A stretch of DNA of 64,000 nt from an uncultured Christensenella sp. (GTDB taxonomy: Bacteria; Bacillota; Clostridia; Christensenellales; UBA1242): assembly GCA_949296965.1 (NCBI GenBank), contig CASFQL010000018.1, forward strand, positions 3,634 through 67,633. Direction: 5' to 3'. The position numbers and the translations under genes were made by a program. The number at the start of each line of letters is the position of its first letter. Positions within the stretch are counted from its first letter, which is position 1. Below, piece after piece: positions 20,970 to 29,259 of this stretch. The notes under the pieces are model-generated. The model saw only the letters and a program-made list of their open reading frames with translations, did no database searches and was not told the DNA's origin.

Positions 20970-22115
20970 CTATTTTAATTTTGACATCTTATCAGAAAAT
21001 ATTTTTGATTTTTTGTAATTAGAAAGGTTTTGAGAAATTTGTTCGACAAGTTCTTTATCTTTTTTGTTCATTTCTTTTGGCATTTCAACTCTTATGGTAA
21101 CTAATAAATCTCCATAACCATCTCTTTGTAAAAATTTAACACCTTTATTCTTTATTTTAAAAACTGTGTTAGGTTGAGTTAATGCTGGAATTTTTAATTC
21201 ATAAGTTCCATCGGCAGTTGGAATAGTAACTTTCCCACCAAGATAAGCGGTCGTAAAAGGTATAGGAAGTTCTAGTAAAAGATTAAAGCCTTCTCTTACT
21301 AAAATAGGGTGTTCTTCTACCTTTATATTAACTACAAGGTCGCCGTTTGGTCCATTTTTTATAGAAGCACTTCCCTTGCCCCTAATTGTAATTATTTGAC
21401 CATCATCAATACCTGCTGGAATTTTAATTTTAACTTCTTGGCGAGTCTTAACAGTCCCTTTACCTTGACAAGCAGAACATTTTTCTTTAATAACTTTACC
21501 CGTTGCATTACAAGTTTTACAAGGGGCGACAGTCGACATTTGCCCAAAGAAAGTCCTTTGGGTAACATGAACCTGACCTGTGCCGTTACATTCAGGGCAA
21601 ATAGAATATTCTGTTCCGTTTTTTGCCCCCGTTCCACGACAAGCGTCACATTTTTCAATTTTATTTACCTCAATTATTTTTTCGCAACCAAAAACGGCTT
21701 CTTTAAAAGACAAATTAAGAAAAACTCTAATATCTTCACCTTCAACTTGGACAGTAGATGACCTTGCACCCCTTGAACCACCGCCAAAAGATGAAAAAAT
21801 GTCAAAAATATCATCAAAGCCACTAAAACTACCACCACTAAAACCACCAAATCCACCAAATCCGCCAGAACCCGAGCCAAATGGATTTGGCTCAGCACTA
21901 CCAAATTGGTCATAATTTGACCTTTTGTTTGCATCCCCTAAAATCTCATATGCTTCATTAACTTCTTTAAACTTTTTAGCACACTCTGGGTCGTTTGGGT
22001 GCAAGTCTGGGTGATATTGCTTAGCAAGTTTTCTATAAGCAGACTTAATCTCGTCTTGTGTGGCTTTTTTGTCTACTCCTAAAATTTTGTAATAATCTTT
22101 GTTTTCGTTTGGCAT
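20970..22115 (-). CDS. dnaJ: chaperone DnaJ
   Basis: J-domain with YHPDLHP, a G/F-rich linker and four CxxCxGxG zinc motifs. Confidence 0.95.
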   Translation of the reverse strand: MPNENKDYYKILGVDKKATQDEIKSAYRKLAKQYHPDLHPNDPECAKKFKEVNEAYEILGDANKRSNYDQFGSAEPNPFGSGSGGFGGFGGFSGGSFSGFDDIFDIFSSFGGGSRGARSSTVQVEGEDIRVFLNLSFKEAVFGCEKIIEVNKIEKCDACRGTGAKNGTEYSICPECNGTGQVHVTQRTFFGQMSTVAPCKTCNATGKVIKEKCSACQGKGTVKTRQEVKIKIPAGIDDGQIITIRGKGSASIKNGPNGDLVVNIKVEEHPILVREGFNLLLELPIPFTTAYLGGKVTIPTADGTYELKIPALTQPNTVFKIKNKGVKFLQRDGYGDLLVTIRVEMPKEMNKKDKELVEQISQNLSNYKKSKIFSDKMSKLK

Positions 22116-22127
22116 TATTCTTTACCT

Positions 22128-23963
22128 TTACTTATTATCTTTGTCGTCAATAATTATTTCGTCATCACCTTTATTGTCATCATCTTTTTTATTTTCTTCG
22201 TTCTTCTTTGCCTCTGCTTCTTTTGATGCTTCAACGTATAATTTTGAAATTATGCTACTTGAAGTTGAAGTCAAGTCTTCAAGTGCTTTCTTAATTTGTT
22301 CAACATCGTCAGACTTAATTTTATTTTTGCAATCTTCAATAGCATTTTTAAGAGTTGTTGATTCTTCTTCTGTCAATTTGCTTCCATTTTCTTTAAGCAT
22401 TTTTTCAAGCGACAAAATCATATTTTCTGCGTTATTTTTTTGTTCAAATAATTCTTTCTTTTTCTTATCTTCGTCAGCAAATTTCTCTGCTTCTTTAATT
22501 GCTTCTTCAATATCTTTTTCACTCAAATTTGAAGAAGATGTAATTGTAATACTTTGTTCTTTATTTGTTCCAAGGTCTTTTGCTGAAACATGGACGATTC
22601 CGTTAGCATCAATATCAAATGTAACTTCAATTTGTGGAACTCCCCTTGGTGCTGGTGGAATGTCAACTAGACTAAATCTACCCAAAGTCTTATTACCGCT
22701 AGCAAATTCTCTTTCACCTTGCAAAACATGGATATCAACACCCGGTTGATTATCAGTTGCAGTTGAGAAAATTTGTGATTTTCTTGTAGGAATAGTTGTA
22801 TTTCTTTCAATAAGTTTAGTAAATATTCCGCCAAGAGTTTCAATTCCTAGTGAAAGAGGCGTTACATCAAGTAGTAAAACATCTTTAACTTCGCCAGCAA
22901 GAACACCGCCTTGAATTGCTGCCCCCATAGCGACACATTCATCAGGGTTTATACCTTTAAATGGTTCTTTTCCTGTTAATTTTTTTACTTCTTCAACAAC
23001 CGCTGGAATACGAGTTGAACCACCAACAAGAATAACCTTATCTATTTCATTAAGAGAAAGTTTACTATCTTTAAGTGCCCTTGAAACAGCCTGACTTGTT
23101 TTTTCAACAAGGTCTTCTGTAATACTATTAAATTTTGCTCTTGTAAGGTCATATTCAAAGTGCTTTGGCCCCGTTGCATCTGCTGTTATAAATGGAAGAT
23201 TTATTGTAGTTTTCATAACACTTGAAAGGTCAATTTTTGCCTTTTCGCTTGCTTCTTTAATTCTTTGCATAGCAAGTTTATCCTTTGACAAATCAATTCC
23301 TTCTTTATTTTTAAATTCCTCTACAATAAGGTCCATAATTTTTCTATCAAAATCATCTCCACCAAGTCTATTATCCCCTGCGGTTGCAATAACTTCAAAA
23401 ACGCCATCGCCGATTTCTAGTATTGAAACATCAAATGTTCCGCCACCTAAATCATAAACAAGAATTTTTTGATTTTTACCATTTTCAACTTTATCAAGTC
23501 CATAAGCAAGAGAGGCTGCTGTTGGCTCGTTAATAATTCTTAATACTTCAAGTCCAGCAATTTTACCAGCATCTTTTGTTGCTTGTCTTTGGCTATCAGT
23601 AAAATATGCAGGAACAGTAATGACTGCCTGTGTAACTTTTTGACCAAGATAACTCTCAGCATCTTGTTTTAATTTTTGCAAAATCATTGCTGAAATTTCT
23701 TGTGGAGTATAACTCTTACCTTCGATATTAACCTTGTAATCACTACCCATTTCTCTCTTAATTGAAATAACCGTATTATCTGGGTTAGCAATTGCTTGCC
23801 TTTTTGCGACTTGACCTACAAGCCTTTCTCCTTTTGAAAATGCTACAACAGATGGAGTTGTTCTCTCTCCTTCTGCATTTGGTATAACAGTTGGAGTGCT
23901 ACCTTCCATAACTGCTACACATGAATTTGTTGTTCCTAAATCTATACCTATAACTTTTGACAT
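22128..23963 (-). CDS. dnaK: chaperone DnaK (Hsp70)
   Basis: Motifs [24 protein letters not shown] and [11 protein letters not shown], with an acidic C-terminal tail. Confidence 0.97.
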   Translation of the reverse strand: MSKVIGIDLGTTNSCVAVMEGSTPTVIPNAEGERTTPSVVAFSKGERLVGQVAKRQAIANPDNTVISIKREMGSDYKVNIEGKSYTPQEISAMILQKLKQDAESYLGQKVTQAVITVPAYFTDSQRQATKDAGKIAGLEVLRIINEPTAASLAYGLDKVENGKNQKILVYDLGGGTFDVSILEIGDGVFEVIATAGDNRLGGDDFDRKIMDLIVEEFKNKEGIDLSKDKLAMQRIKEASEKAKIDLSSVMKTTINLPFITADATGPKHFEYDLTRAKFNSITEDLVEKTSQAVSRALKDSKLSLNEIDKVILVGGSTRIPAVVEEVKKLTGKEPFKGINPDECVAMGAAIQGGVLAGEVKDVLLLDVTPLSLGIETLGGIFTKLIERNTTIPTRKSQIFSTATDNQPGVDIHVLQGEREFASGNKTLGRFSLVDIPPAPRGVPQIEVTFDIDANGIVHVSAKDLGTNKEQSITITSSSNLSEKDIEEAIKEAEKFADEDKKKKELFEQKNNAENMILSLEKMLKENGSKLTEEESTTLKNAIEDCKNKIKSDDVEQIKKALEDLTSTSSSIISKLYVEASKEAEAKKNEENKKDDDNKGDDEIIIDDKDNK

Positions 23964-24091
23964 TTTAATTTTTCTCCTTTTTTGTCTTTGTTAAAAATTT
24001 ATATTAAACTAACTTTATTCAAGTAAATCAAATAAATGAAATTTTTACCTAAATTACATAAATAAAGTAGATAGTTCGCTTTTTGTTTAAA

Positions 24092-24688
24092 CTACTTAGC
24101 AACTATAACCTGACTATACTTTATAATTGTATCTTCAAGGGTATAACCTGCTTCAAGTTCTTCAATAATATGTCCGCTCTTAAAATTTTTGTCTTCGACC
24201 ATTAAAACAGCATTGTGTTTTTCTGGGTCAAATTTTTTATTTATGCACTCAATTTTTTTAACGCCTATTTTTTCAAGGCTACTAATGATAGATTTTTCTA
24301 TCATATTTATACCTTCAAGCACCTTTTCATCACTAATTAATTTTTTTGCTTTTTTAAAAGAGTCTAATGAAGGCAAAATTGTTTCAAGTGCTTTAACCAT
24401 ACCATCTCGTTTTAATAAAACTTCTTCTTCCCTTGTTCGTTTTCTATAATGTTCAAAGTCTTTTTCAAGTTCCTTATAATCATTTAAGATTTTTGCCATT
24501 TGGACCTTAATCCCATCAAACTCTTCTTGGCTTAAAACAACTTCGTTTTTATCATTTTGACTAGTTTGTTCTTCTTTTTTAGTTTGAGATTTCAAATCTT
24601 TTTCATTGACATTTGACTTTTTGTCAACATTTATTTTCTCGTCAGGTTGTATATTGTCTTTACTTTCCTTTTGTTCGTTAGACATCAA
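24092..24688 (-). CDS. grpE: nucleotide exchange factor GrpE
   Basis: 198 aa protein with coiled-coil YKELEKDFEHYRKRTREE and a C-terminal beta domain. It lies between hrcA and dnaK. Confidence 0.9.
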   Translation of the reverse strand: MMSNEQKESKDNIQPDEKINVDKKSNVNEKDLKSQTKKEEQTSQNDKNEVVLSQEEFDGIKVQMAKILNDYKELEKDFEHYRKRTREEEVLLKRDGMVKALETILPSLDSFKKAKKLISDEKVLEGINMIEKSIISSLEKIGVKKIECINKKFDPEKHNAVLMVEDKNFKSGHIIEELEAGYTLEDTIIKYSQVIVAK

Positions 24689-25731
24689 TCTCCCCCCTTA
24701 TTAAGTTTGTTTTTTACTTCGTCTGTAATAAATTTTAAAACACCTGCAACGCTTGCATAATCTATTCTCTCTGGACCAATAACTCCAACGGTAGCAATTT
24801 TTTCCCCGTTTAGAATTACAGGGGCTTTAATAACTGCACAATCAGGCAACTTTTCAAGTCCGTTTTCATCTCCCAAATTAACCGTAATTTCGCTATTATC
24901 ATCGGTTGCCATAACATCTTCAAGACTAGAATTGTCATCAAGCACACTTAAAATATTCTTTGCTTTATCCGTATCAAATTCAGGGCTATCTAAAAGTCTT
25001 ATTAAACCTTTATTACTAACCTTACTCTTTGTTTTATTGTAATAAACATCTAAAACTTTTAAGACCAACTTAAAAACCTCTTCATATTCTTTCATACAAT
25101 TTTTGATACTCGTATTAAAAACATCAATATTTTGATTTAAAAATTTAATATTTTTACCAATAAATATGCTAGAAAAAACTTTACTTGCGTTCTCACAATC
25201 TTGTTTTGTTATACTAGAAGATGCCCCAATAGTATTTGAAATTGCCCCTGCATTTGTTTCAATAAGCACCAAAACCTGTGAATTAATAAGATATAAAACT
25301 TTTATTGACTCAACAATCAAATTATCAAAACCATCAAACATAAAAACTGTTGGATAATTTGTTTTCGTGCTAACTACCTTTGAAATACTATCAACTATTT
25401 CGCTAAGGCAACTAGTCCTTGCAAATAACTCACCTTTTATATCATCTAAACAACCATTGTAGAACTTACTGTTTTTTAAAGTTTCATTGACAAAAAATCT
25501 ATAACCTTTTGTAGTAGGCACTCTCCCGCCAGATGTGTGAAGTTGTTTCAAATACCCCATTGCTTCAAGTGCATTCAATTCATTCCTAATCGTCGCCGTT
25601 GAAAGATCGTGTAAATTAGTTTGTTTGACAAATAAACTTGTAATCGGACTTGCAACTTTTATATAATTATCTATTGCATTATATAACAATTTTTTCTTTC
25701 TATCAGATAATTCTGGCAAGTCGTCAGTCAT
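24685..25731 (-). CDS. hrcA: heat-inducible transcription repressor HrcA
   Basis: N-terminal winged helix LSDRKKKLLYNAIDNYIKVASPITS...TIRNELNALEAMGYLKQLHTSGGRVPT. There is an ATGA overlap with grpE. Confidence 0.9.
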   Translation of the reverse strand: MTDDLPELSDRKKKLLYNAIDNYIKVASPITSLFVKQTNLHDLSTATIRNELNALEAMGYLKQLHTSGGRVPTTKGYRFFVNETLKNSKFYNGCLDDIKGELFARTSCLSEIVDSISKVVSTKTNYPTVFMFDGFDNLIVESIKVLYLINSQVLVLIETNAGAISNTIGASSSITKQDCENASKVFSSIFIGKNIKFLNQNIDVFNTSIKNCMKEYEEVFKLVLKVLDVYYNKTKSKVSNKGLIRLLDSPEFDTDKAKNILSVLDDNSSLEDVMATDDNSEITVNLGDENGLEKLPDCAVIKAPVILNGEKIATVGVIGPERIDYASVAGVLKFITDEVKNKLNKGGD

Positions 25732-25773
25732 TGTTTTCCCCTCCTTATAAAAATTATGCTTAAAATTTATTTT

Positions 25774-25824
25774 TTAGCACTTGTAACATACTAAGTGTTA
25801 GCACTCTCATTTGTTAAGTGCTAA
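25774..25824. promoter_or_regulatory. CIRCE operator(s) of the hrcA-grpE-dnaK-dnaJ operon
   Basis: 25798..25824 reads TTAGCACTC-N9-AAGTGCTAA, one mismatch to the consensus TTAGCACTC-N9-GAGTGCTAA. An overlapping weaker copy, TTAGCACTT-N9/10-AAGTGTTAG, lies at 25774..25801. Confidence 0.85.
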
Positions 25825-25828
25825 CACT

Positions 25829-25856
25829 ATTATATGCTGAAATTTTTAAAAGTCAA
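25829..25856 (-). promoter_or_regulatory. sigma-A type promoter of the hrcA operon
   Basis: The minus strand reads TTGACT-16 nt-TATAAT, ending 4 nt upstream of the CIRCE element. Confidence 0.6.
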
Positions 25857-25870
25857 CAATTTAATCATAT

Positions 25871-25910
25871 TTTTTTAAAATTTTTTAAAATTTTTTAAAT
25901 AATTTTTTAT
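25871..25910. repeat. four phased decamers TTTTTTAAAA
   Basis: The sequence ttttttaaaa ttttttaaaa ttttttaaat aattttttat has an exact 10-bp period, just upstream of the hrcA promoter. Confidence 0.7.
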
Positions 25911-25926
25911 CAACATAATTTTACAT

Positions 25927-25952
25927 AAAAAAGACCGAAAAATCTTCGGCGC
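25927..25952 (-). terminator. putative terminator closing the accessory island
   Basis: On the minus strand, CCGAA-GATTT-TTCGG is followed by TCTTTTTTATG, about 45 nt after the stop at 25996. Confidence 0.45.
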
Positions 25953-25995
25953 TTTTTCTATAATGTAGATAATGGTATTAAAGATTAAATTTTCT

Positions 25996-26553
25996 TTATC
26001 TAGTCAATTCTTCCCCAAAATTATCAATTGAACTTTGAACATAATCTGCAAAATTTTTATCTACTGAATAATTTGTTTTTTCTTTAATATCTTTTACTGT
26101 TTCAAAAACCTTTATCTTAGATAATTTACTAAAAGTTTCTTCTTTATCTTCTTTTGTGAAATAATCATATGAAAAGTCTTTGTCTTTTATCAAATCAATT
26201 ATACATTCTCTTAACATACTTTCTAAGTAAAAATCATTTTCAAATCTACCGCTTATATTAAAATCCTTGTCATTAGTTGAAACATTTTTCTTTCCATCTT
26301 TTGCCCAATTAACTCCACAATTAACAAAATCTGTTAAAAATATTCTGCTAGTTTTATTAACATTATTTTTTAAGTAAAGATTATTTTCAAAAGAAGCATT
26401 ATTATTGCAAGCAAGGTTCATAATAATAGTCTTTATTCTATCTTTTTTAACCTTATTTTCAAAAAACTTATTCATTATCATAAATCTTTTAAGATGAATA
26501 TATGCATCATCTACTTCATCATATCTAGAACTTTGTTGCAATAAGGTCGACAT
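25996..26553 (-). CDS. island paralog 4, C-terminal fragment (hypothetical)
   Basis: Carries family motif B (KKDRIKTIIMNLACNNNASFENNLYL) and motif C (VKDIKEKTNYSVDKNFADYV). There is no SD before its ATG, and it overlaps the upstream fragment by 43 nt. Confidence 0.5.
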   Translation of the reverse strand: MSTLLQQSSRYDEVDDAYIHLKRFMIMNKFFENKVKKDRIKTIIMNLACNNNASFENNLYLKNNVNKTSRIFLTDFVNCGVNWAKDGKKNVSTNDKDFNISGRFENDFYLESMLRECIIDLIKDKDFSYDYFTKEDKEETFSKLSKIKVFETVKDIKEKTNYSVDKNFADYVQSSIDNFGEELTR

Positions 26554-26984
26554 AGATTTTGTTTCTTTAATAATTTAAAAACGGGGCTATCCTCTTTGTA
26601 AAGCAAACCTAACTCCTTATCATCGTAACTATCAATTAATTTATCTAATTCCATTACCTTACCATAATTTGATTTATCATAAAAAGCCCCTTTATGAAGT
26701 TTTGAAAGAACAAGGGGTGTAAATTTAACAGTATCTAAGCCTAGTTGTTGATATAACTCAGGCAATAAAACGCACGAATCAATCACACCTTTTTCATAAG
26801 ATTTTCTTGGATTTATAAATATAACTTGCTCGTCCTTATTTATTTCATCTAAATTAAAATTTCCATTCATAAAATTTGCTATAACTTTTCTCTTATATTG
26901 TCTGTAAAGTTCTTTTAAATAAGGATTGTTGATAAATCCTTTACTATCATATCTCAGATCAAATAAATCAAAAAAATCTCTCAT
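26511..26984 (-). CDS. island paralog 4, N-terminal fragment (hypothetical)
   Basis: Carries family motif A (DSCVLLPELYQQLGLDTVKFTPL). An SD GGAGAG lies upstream. Confidence 0.5.
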   Translation of the reverse strand: MRDFFDLFDLRYDSKGFINNPYLKELYRQYKRKVIANFMNGNFNLDEINKDEQVIFINPRKSYEKGVIDSCVLLPELYQQLGLDTVKFTPLVLSKLHKGAFYDKSNYGKVMELDKLIDSYDDKELGLLYKEDSPVFKLLKKQNLCRPYCNKVLDMMK

Positions 26985-27004
26985 ATTCTCTCCAATTAAA
27001 TTTT

Positions 27005-27640
27005 TTAGAACTCTCTTTCTGACTCTTGTGCTATTCTAACACCCGTGCTACTAAGATTTTCATTAAGTTTATGCAAGTAATCTCCATTCAAACAATACCC
27101 CGTTGCACTCTCAATATCCATACTCTTTTCTCTTGGGTCAACAAGTTGCATTTTTACGCCAATTTGTCTTTTTATTCTATCAGGGAAATAATTTTTTACT
27201 TCTTTTCTATAAATAAAACTATCAACTACTTCATCGCTAAATTTCTTTTCATCTGAAAATTCACTTGTATATTTTGGTAATTTATAAGACTTTTCATTTT
27301 GTGCATTATCAAAATATTCTCTAAAATTTTGACCACTTCTCATAAAGGAAGAAGGCATAACATCACATATCTTGCCCTGTGAATTTACTGAGTAAATCAA
27401 AGATGAGTTATCTACACTATTGCCCATTGTAGCATTCAAAACATTAAGTAAAAGTTTTCTTTTCATACCACTTTTTGTAAAATAATTTACTAGTAAATTT
27501 CCTTTTTTAGTTCTGCAAAAAGCACCTGTATCAATGGTAAAATCAGTCCCTTCTTTTCTATTGATACTCTCAATAAAATCTCTTGCCCAAACACCTTTTC
27601 TTAAAATATTATCATATGCTAAACCTTTTTTTGAAGCCAA
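27005..27640 (-). CDS. island paralog 3, C-terminal fragment (hypothetical)
   Basis: Carries motif B (MKRKLLLNVLNATMGNSVDNSSLIY) and motif C (MDIESATGYCLNGDYLHKL). It starts at a TTG inside an A7 tract and overlaps the upstream fragment by 29 nt. Confidence 0.5.
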   Translation of the reverse strand: MASKKGLAYDNILRKGVWARDFIESINRKEGTDFTIDTGAFCRTKKGNLLVNYFTKSGMKRKLLLNVLNATMGNSVDNSSLIYSVNSQGKICDVMPSSFMRSGQNFREYFDNAQNEKSYKLPKYTSEFSDEKKFSDEVVDSFIYRKEVKNYFPDRIKRQIGVKMQLVDPREKSMDIESATGYCLNGDYLHKLNENLSSTGVRIAQESEREF

Positions 27641-27887
27641 CCTTCACAGGAACATAATTTGGCGTAGTAAAACCAAATTCACTTTCCAAAATTTCTGATA
27701 ATAAAATATCTGCGTCAAGTATAAGTTTTGCATTTTTTCTATCGGTTGGTATGTATAAGCCGTATTTAGCAAAGGTTTTATCCATATTTGCTGAACTAAG
27801 GCATTTTTTTACTAATTCATCACTTTTAATAAAACCTTTTCTTCCTAAATTATTAAAATATTCCTTTAAAATATCACTATTAAGCAT
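27612..27887 (-). CDS. island paralog 3, N-terminal fragment (hypothetical)
   Basis: Carries motif A (DADILLSEILESEFGFTTPNYVPV). The ATG at 27887 is preceded by GGGGG. Confidence 0.5.
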   Translation of the reverse strand: MLNSDILKEYFNNLGRKGFIKSDELVKKCLSSANMDKTFAKYGLYIPTDRKNAKLILDADILLSEILESEFGFTTPNYVPVKVGFKKRFSI

Positions 27888-27920
27888 TTTAACCCCCAAA
27901 TTCCATTTAATTAATAACTA

Positions 27921-27949
27921 AATATACTACATAAATATCTTAATTTCAA
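27921..27949 (-). promoter_or_regulatory. putative sigma-A promoter for paralogs 3-4
   Basis: The minus strand reads TTGAAA-17 nt-TATATT, about 35 nt upstream of the ATG at 27887. Confidence 0.45.
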
Positions 27950-28040
27950 TACCCATTTTTTTTAGGCATATATTTTTAGGCATTTTGCTAAGTAAAAAAA
28001 GAAAAAGGATAGAAATTATTAAAATTTTTACCCTTTTTTG

Positions 28041-28162
28041 ACTATTTTTTTAAGTTTTTTCAAGTTTTTTATCCCTTAAAAGTTTTAAAGTTTTGTTAAG
28101 TTTTATTAACTTTTTTATAGTTTTATTAAGTTTTTTAAAACTTTTATTAAGATAGATTTTTT
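28041..28162. repeat. phased T-tract array (about 10 units of AAGTTTTNTT, period 9-11 bp)
   Basis: Units include aagttttttc, aagttttgtt, aagttttatt, aactttttt and aacttttatt. It shares the decamers AAGTTTTATT and AACTTTTATT with the array at 31141. Confidence 0.75.
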
Positions 28163-28219
28163 AACAAACAAAATTAAAATAACTTATTTTTTTTTAAATT
28201 ATTATTATATACATTTTAT

Positions 28220-29248
28220 TTACATTACAAGTTCATCATCTTTTAATAAATTAGAAACAAACTCACAATTATCATAAATTGTATCTTGATAGCGTCTATC
28301 TATCTCGTAACCAATGTTTTCCTTTACATCGCTTGCTATATCAAAACTTGTAACTTGACTAAGTTGTTTAGCAAACTCATTTCTTTCTTTTTCGTCAAAA
28401 TATTTTTTTAAAATTTCATTATTTTTAGTATCATATATAAGTTTATCTCTACCAACATATCCAAATCTTGTTTCAGATAAGTATTTTTTTTGCATTTTCT
28501 TACTCAAATTATTTTGCATATAATAAACATTTTGAGCACTATTCATACTACTAAGCGGAACACAAGATTCAATCATATCAACATCGCCCTTGCTAAAAAA
28601 TTTGTATAAATAATTATATGGACTTCTAGCATTATTATACATTACACAGTCAAGGATTCTCATCTTTATTTTATCTTTAACTGCTCCATGAAAAAATTTC
28701 ATCCTAAACAAATTATTTTTCTCGTGTATAATTGTGTCCAAAGCAAAATTATGTATTTTAGTATCATTTATTCCATTTAAATATCTTAAATTATTTGCCA
28801 TAGTTTTAAGATATTTAATATAAGGAATTCCGATTTTGCTTTCAAGTTTAAACTTATGAAAACTATCTGCAAGAATTGTCTTTCTATCTAAATCTTTATG
28901 AAAAAGTATTTGTAAATATTTTGCATACGCATCTTTTCCGTAAATATCAAGTTTATTATCGCAAGCAAGAAAATTTTTACCATTAACATTTATCATAAAG
29001 TAAATAGGCATATCAAAACCAAAATGTGAATAAAACTGTGAAAAAAATATTTCTGCATCTGTATAAAGATTTTTTTCAATATTAAAAACTCTATATAGTC
29101 CAACATCTGTAAGAATATCTTGGGTTTTACCATTATTTGAAAAAAATGATTTTTCATTTTCGGCTTTACTGCAATAAAGGTCGGAATTAATAAATCTACG
29201 CAAGTTATCTTTTTGTTGTATATCAAAAATAAATCTATTTTTATACAT
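28220..29248 (-). CDS. island paralog 2 (hypothetical, 342 aa)
   Basis: SD AGGAGA upstream. Motif A is DAEIFFSQFYSHFGFDMPIYFMI, motif B KDKIKMRILDCVMYNNARSPYNYLY and motif C DIASDVKENIGYEIDRRYQDTIY. It is clearly homologous to 29260..30306. Confidence 0.75.
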   Translation of the reverse strand: MYKNRFIFDIQQKDNLRRFINSDLYCSKAENEKSFFSNNGKTQDILTDVGLYRVFNIEKNLYTDAEIFFSQFYSHFGFDMPIYFMINVNGKNFLACDNKLDIYGKDAYAKYLQILFHKDLDRKTILADSFHKFKLESKIGIPYIKYLKTMANNLRYLNGINDTKIHNFALDTIIHEKNNLFRMKFFHGAVKDKIKMRILDCVMYNNARSPYNYLYKFFSKGDVDMIESCVPLSSMNSAQNVYYMQNNLSKKMQKKYLSETRFGYVGRDKLIYDTKNNEILKKYFDEKERNEFAKQLSQVTSFDIASDVKENIGYEIDRRYQDTIYDNCEFVSNLLKDDELVM

Positions 29249-29259
29249 AATTTTTTCTC

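Noticed and set aside
21309-22749. Several 86-216 aa ORFs overlapping dnaJ and the 3' part of dnaK on either strand (21309..21761, 21392..21658, 21580..21915, 21674..21934, 22099..22749).
   Set aside because: They lie entirely inside unmistakable dnaJ/dnaK coding sequence. Their translations are low-complexity mirror images (S/F/L-rich) of G/F-rich or E/K-rich regions, and they have no SD or known motif. The same reasoning applies to the other short plus-strand ORFs inside dnaG, yloV, priA, ligA, pcrA, lepA, rnj, portal and parE.
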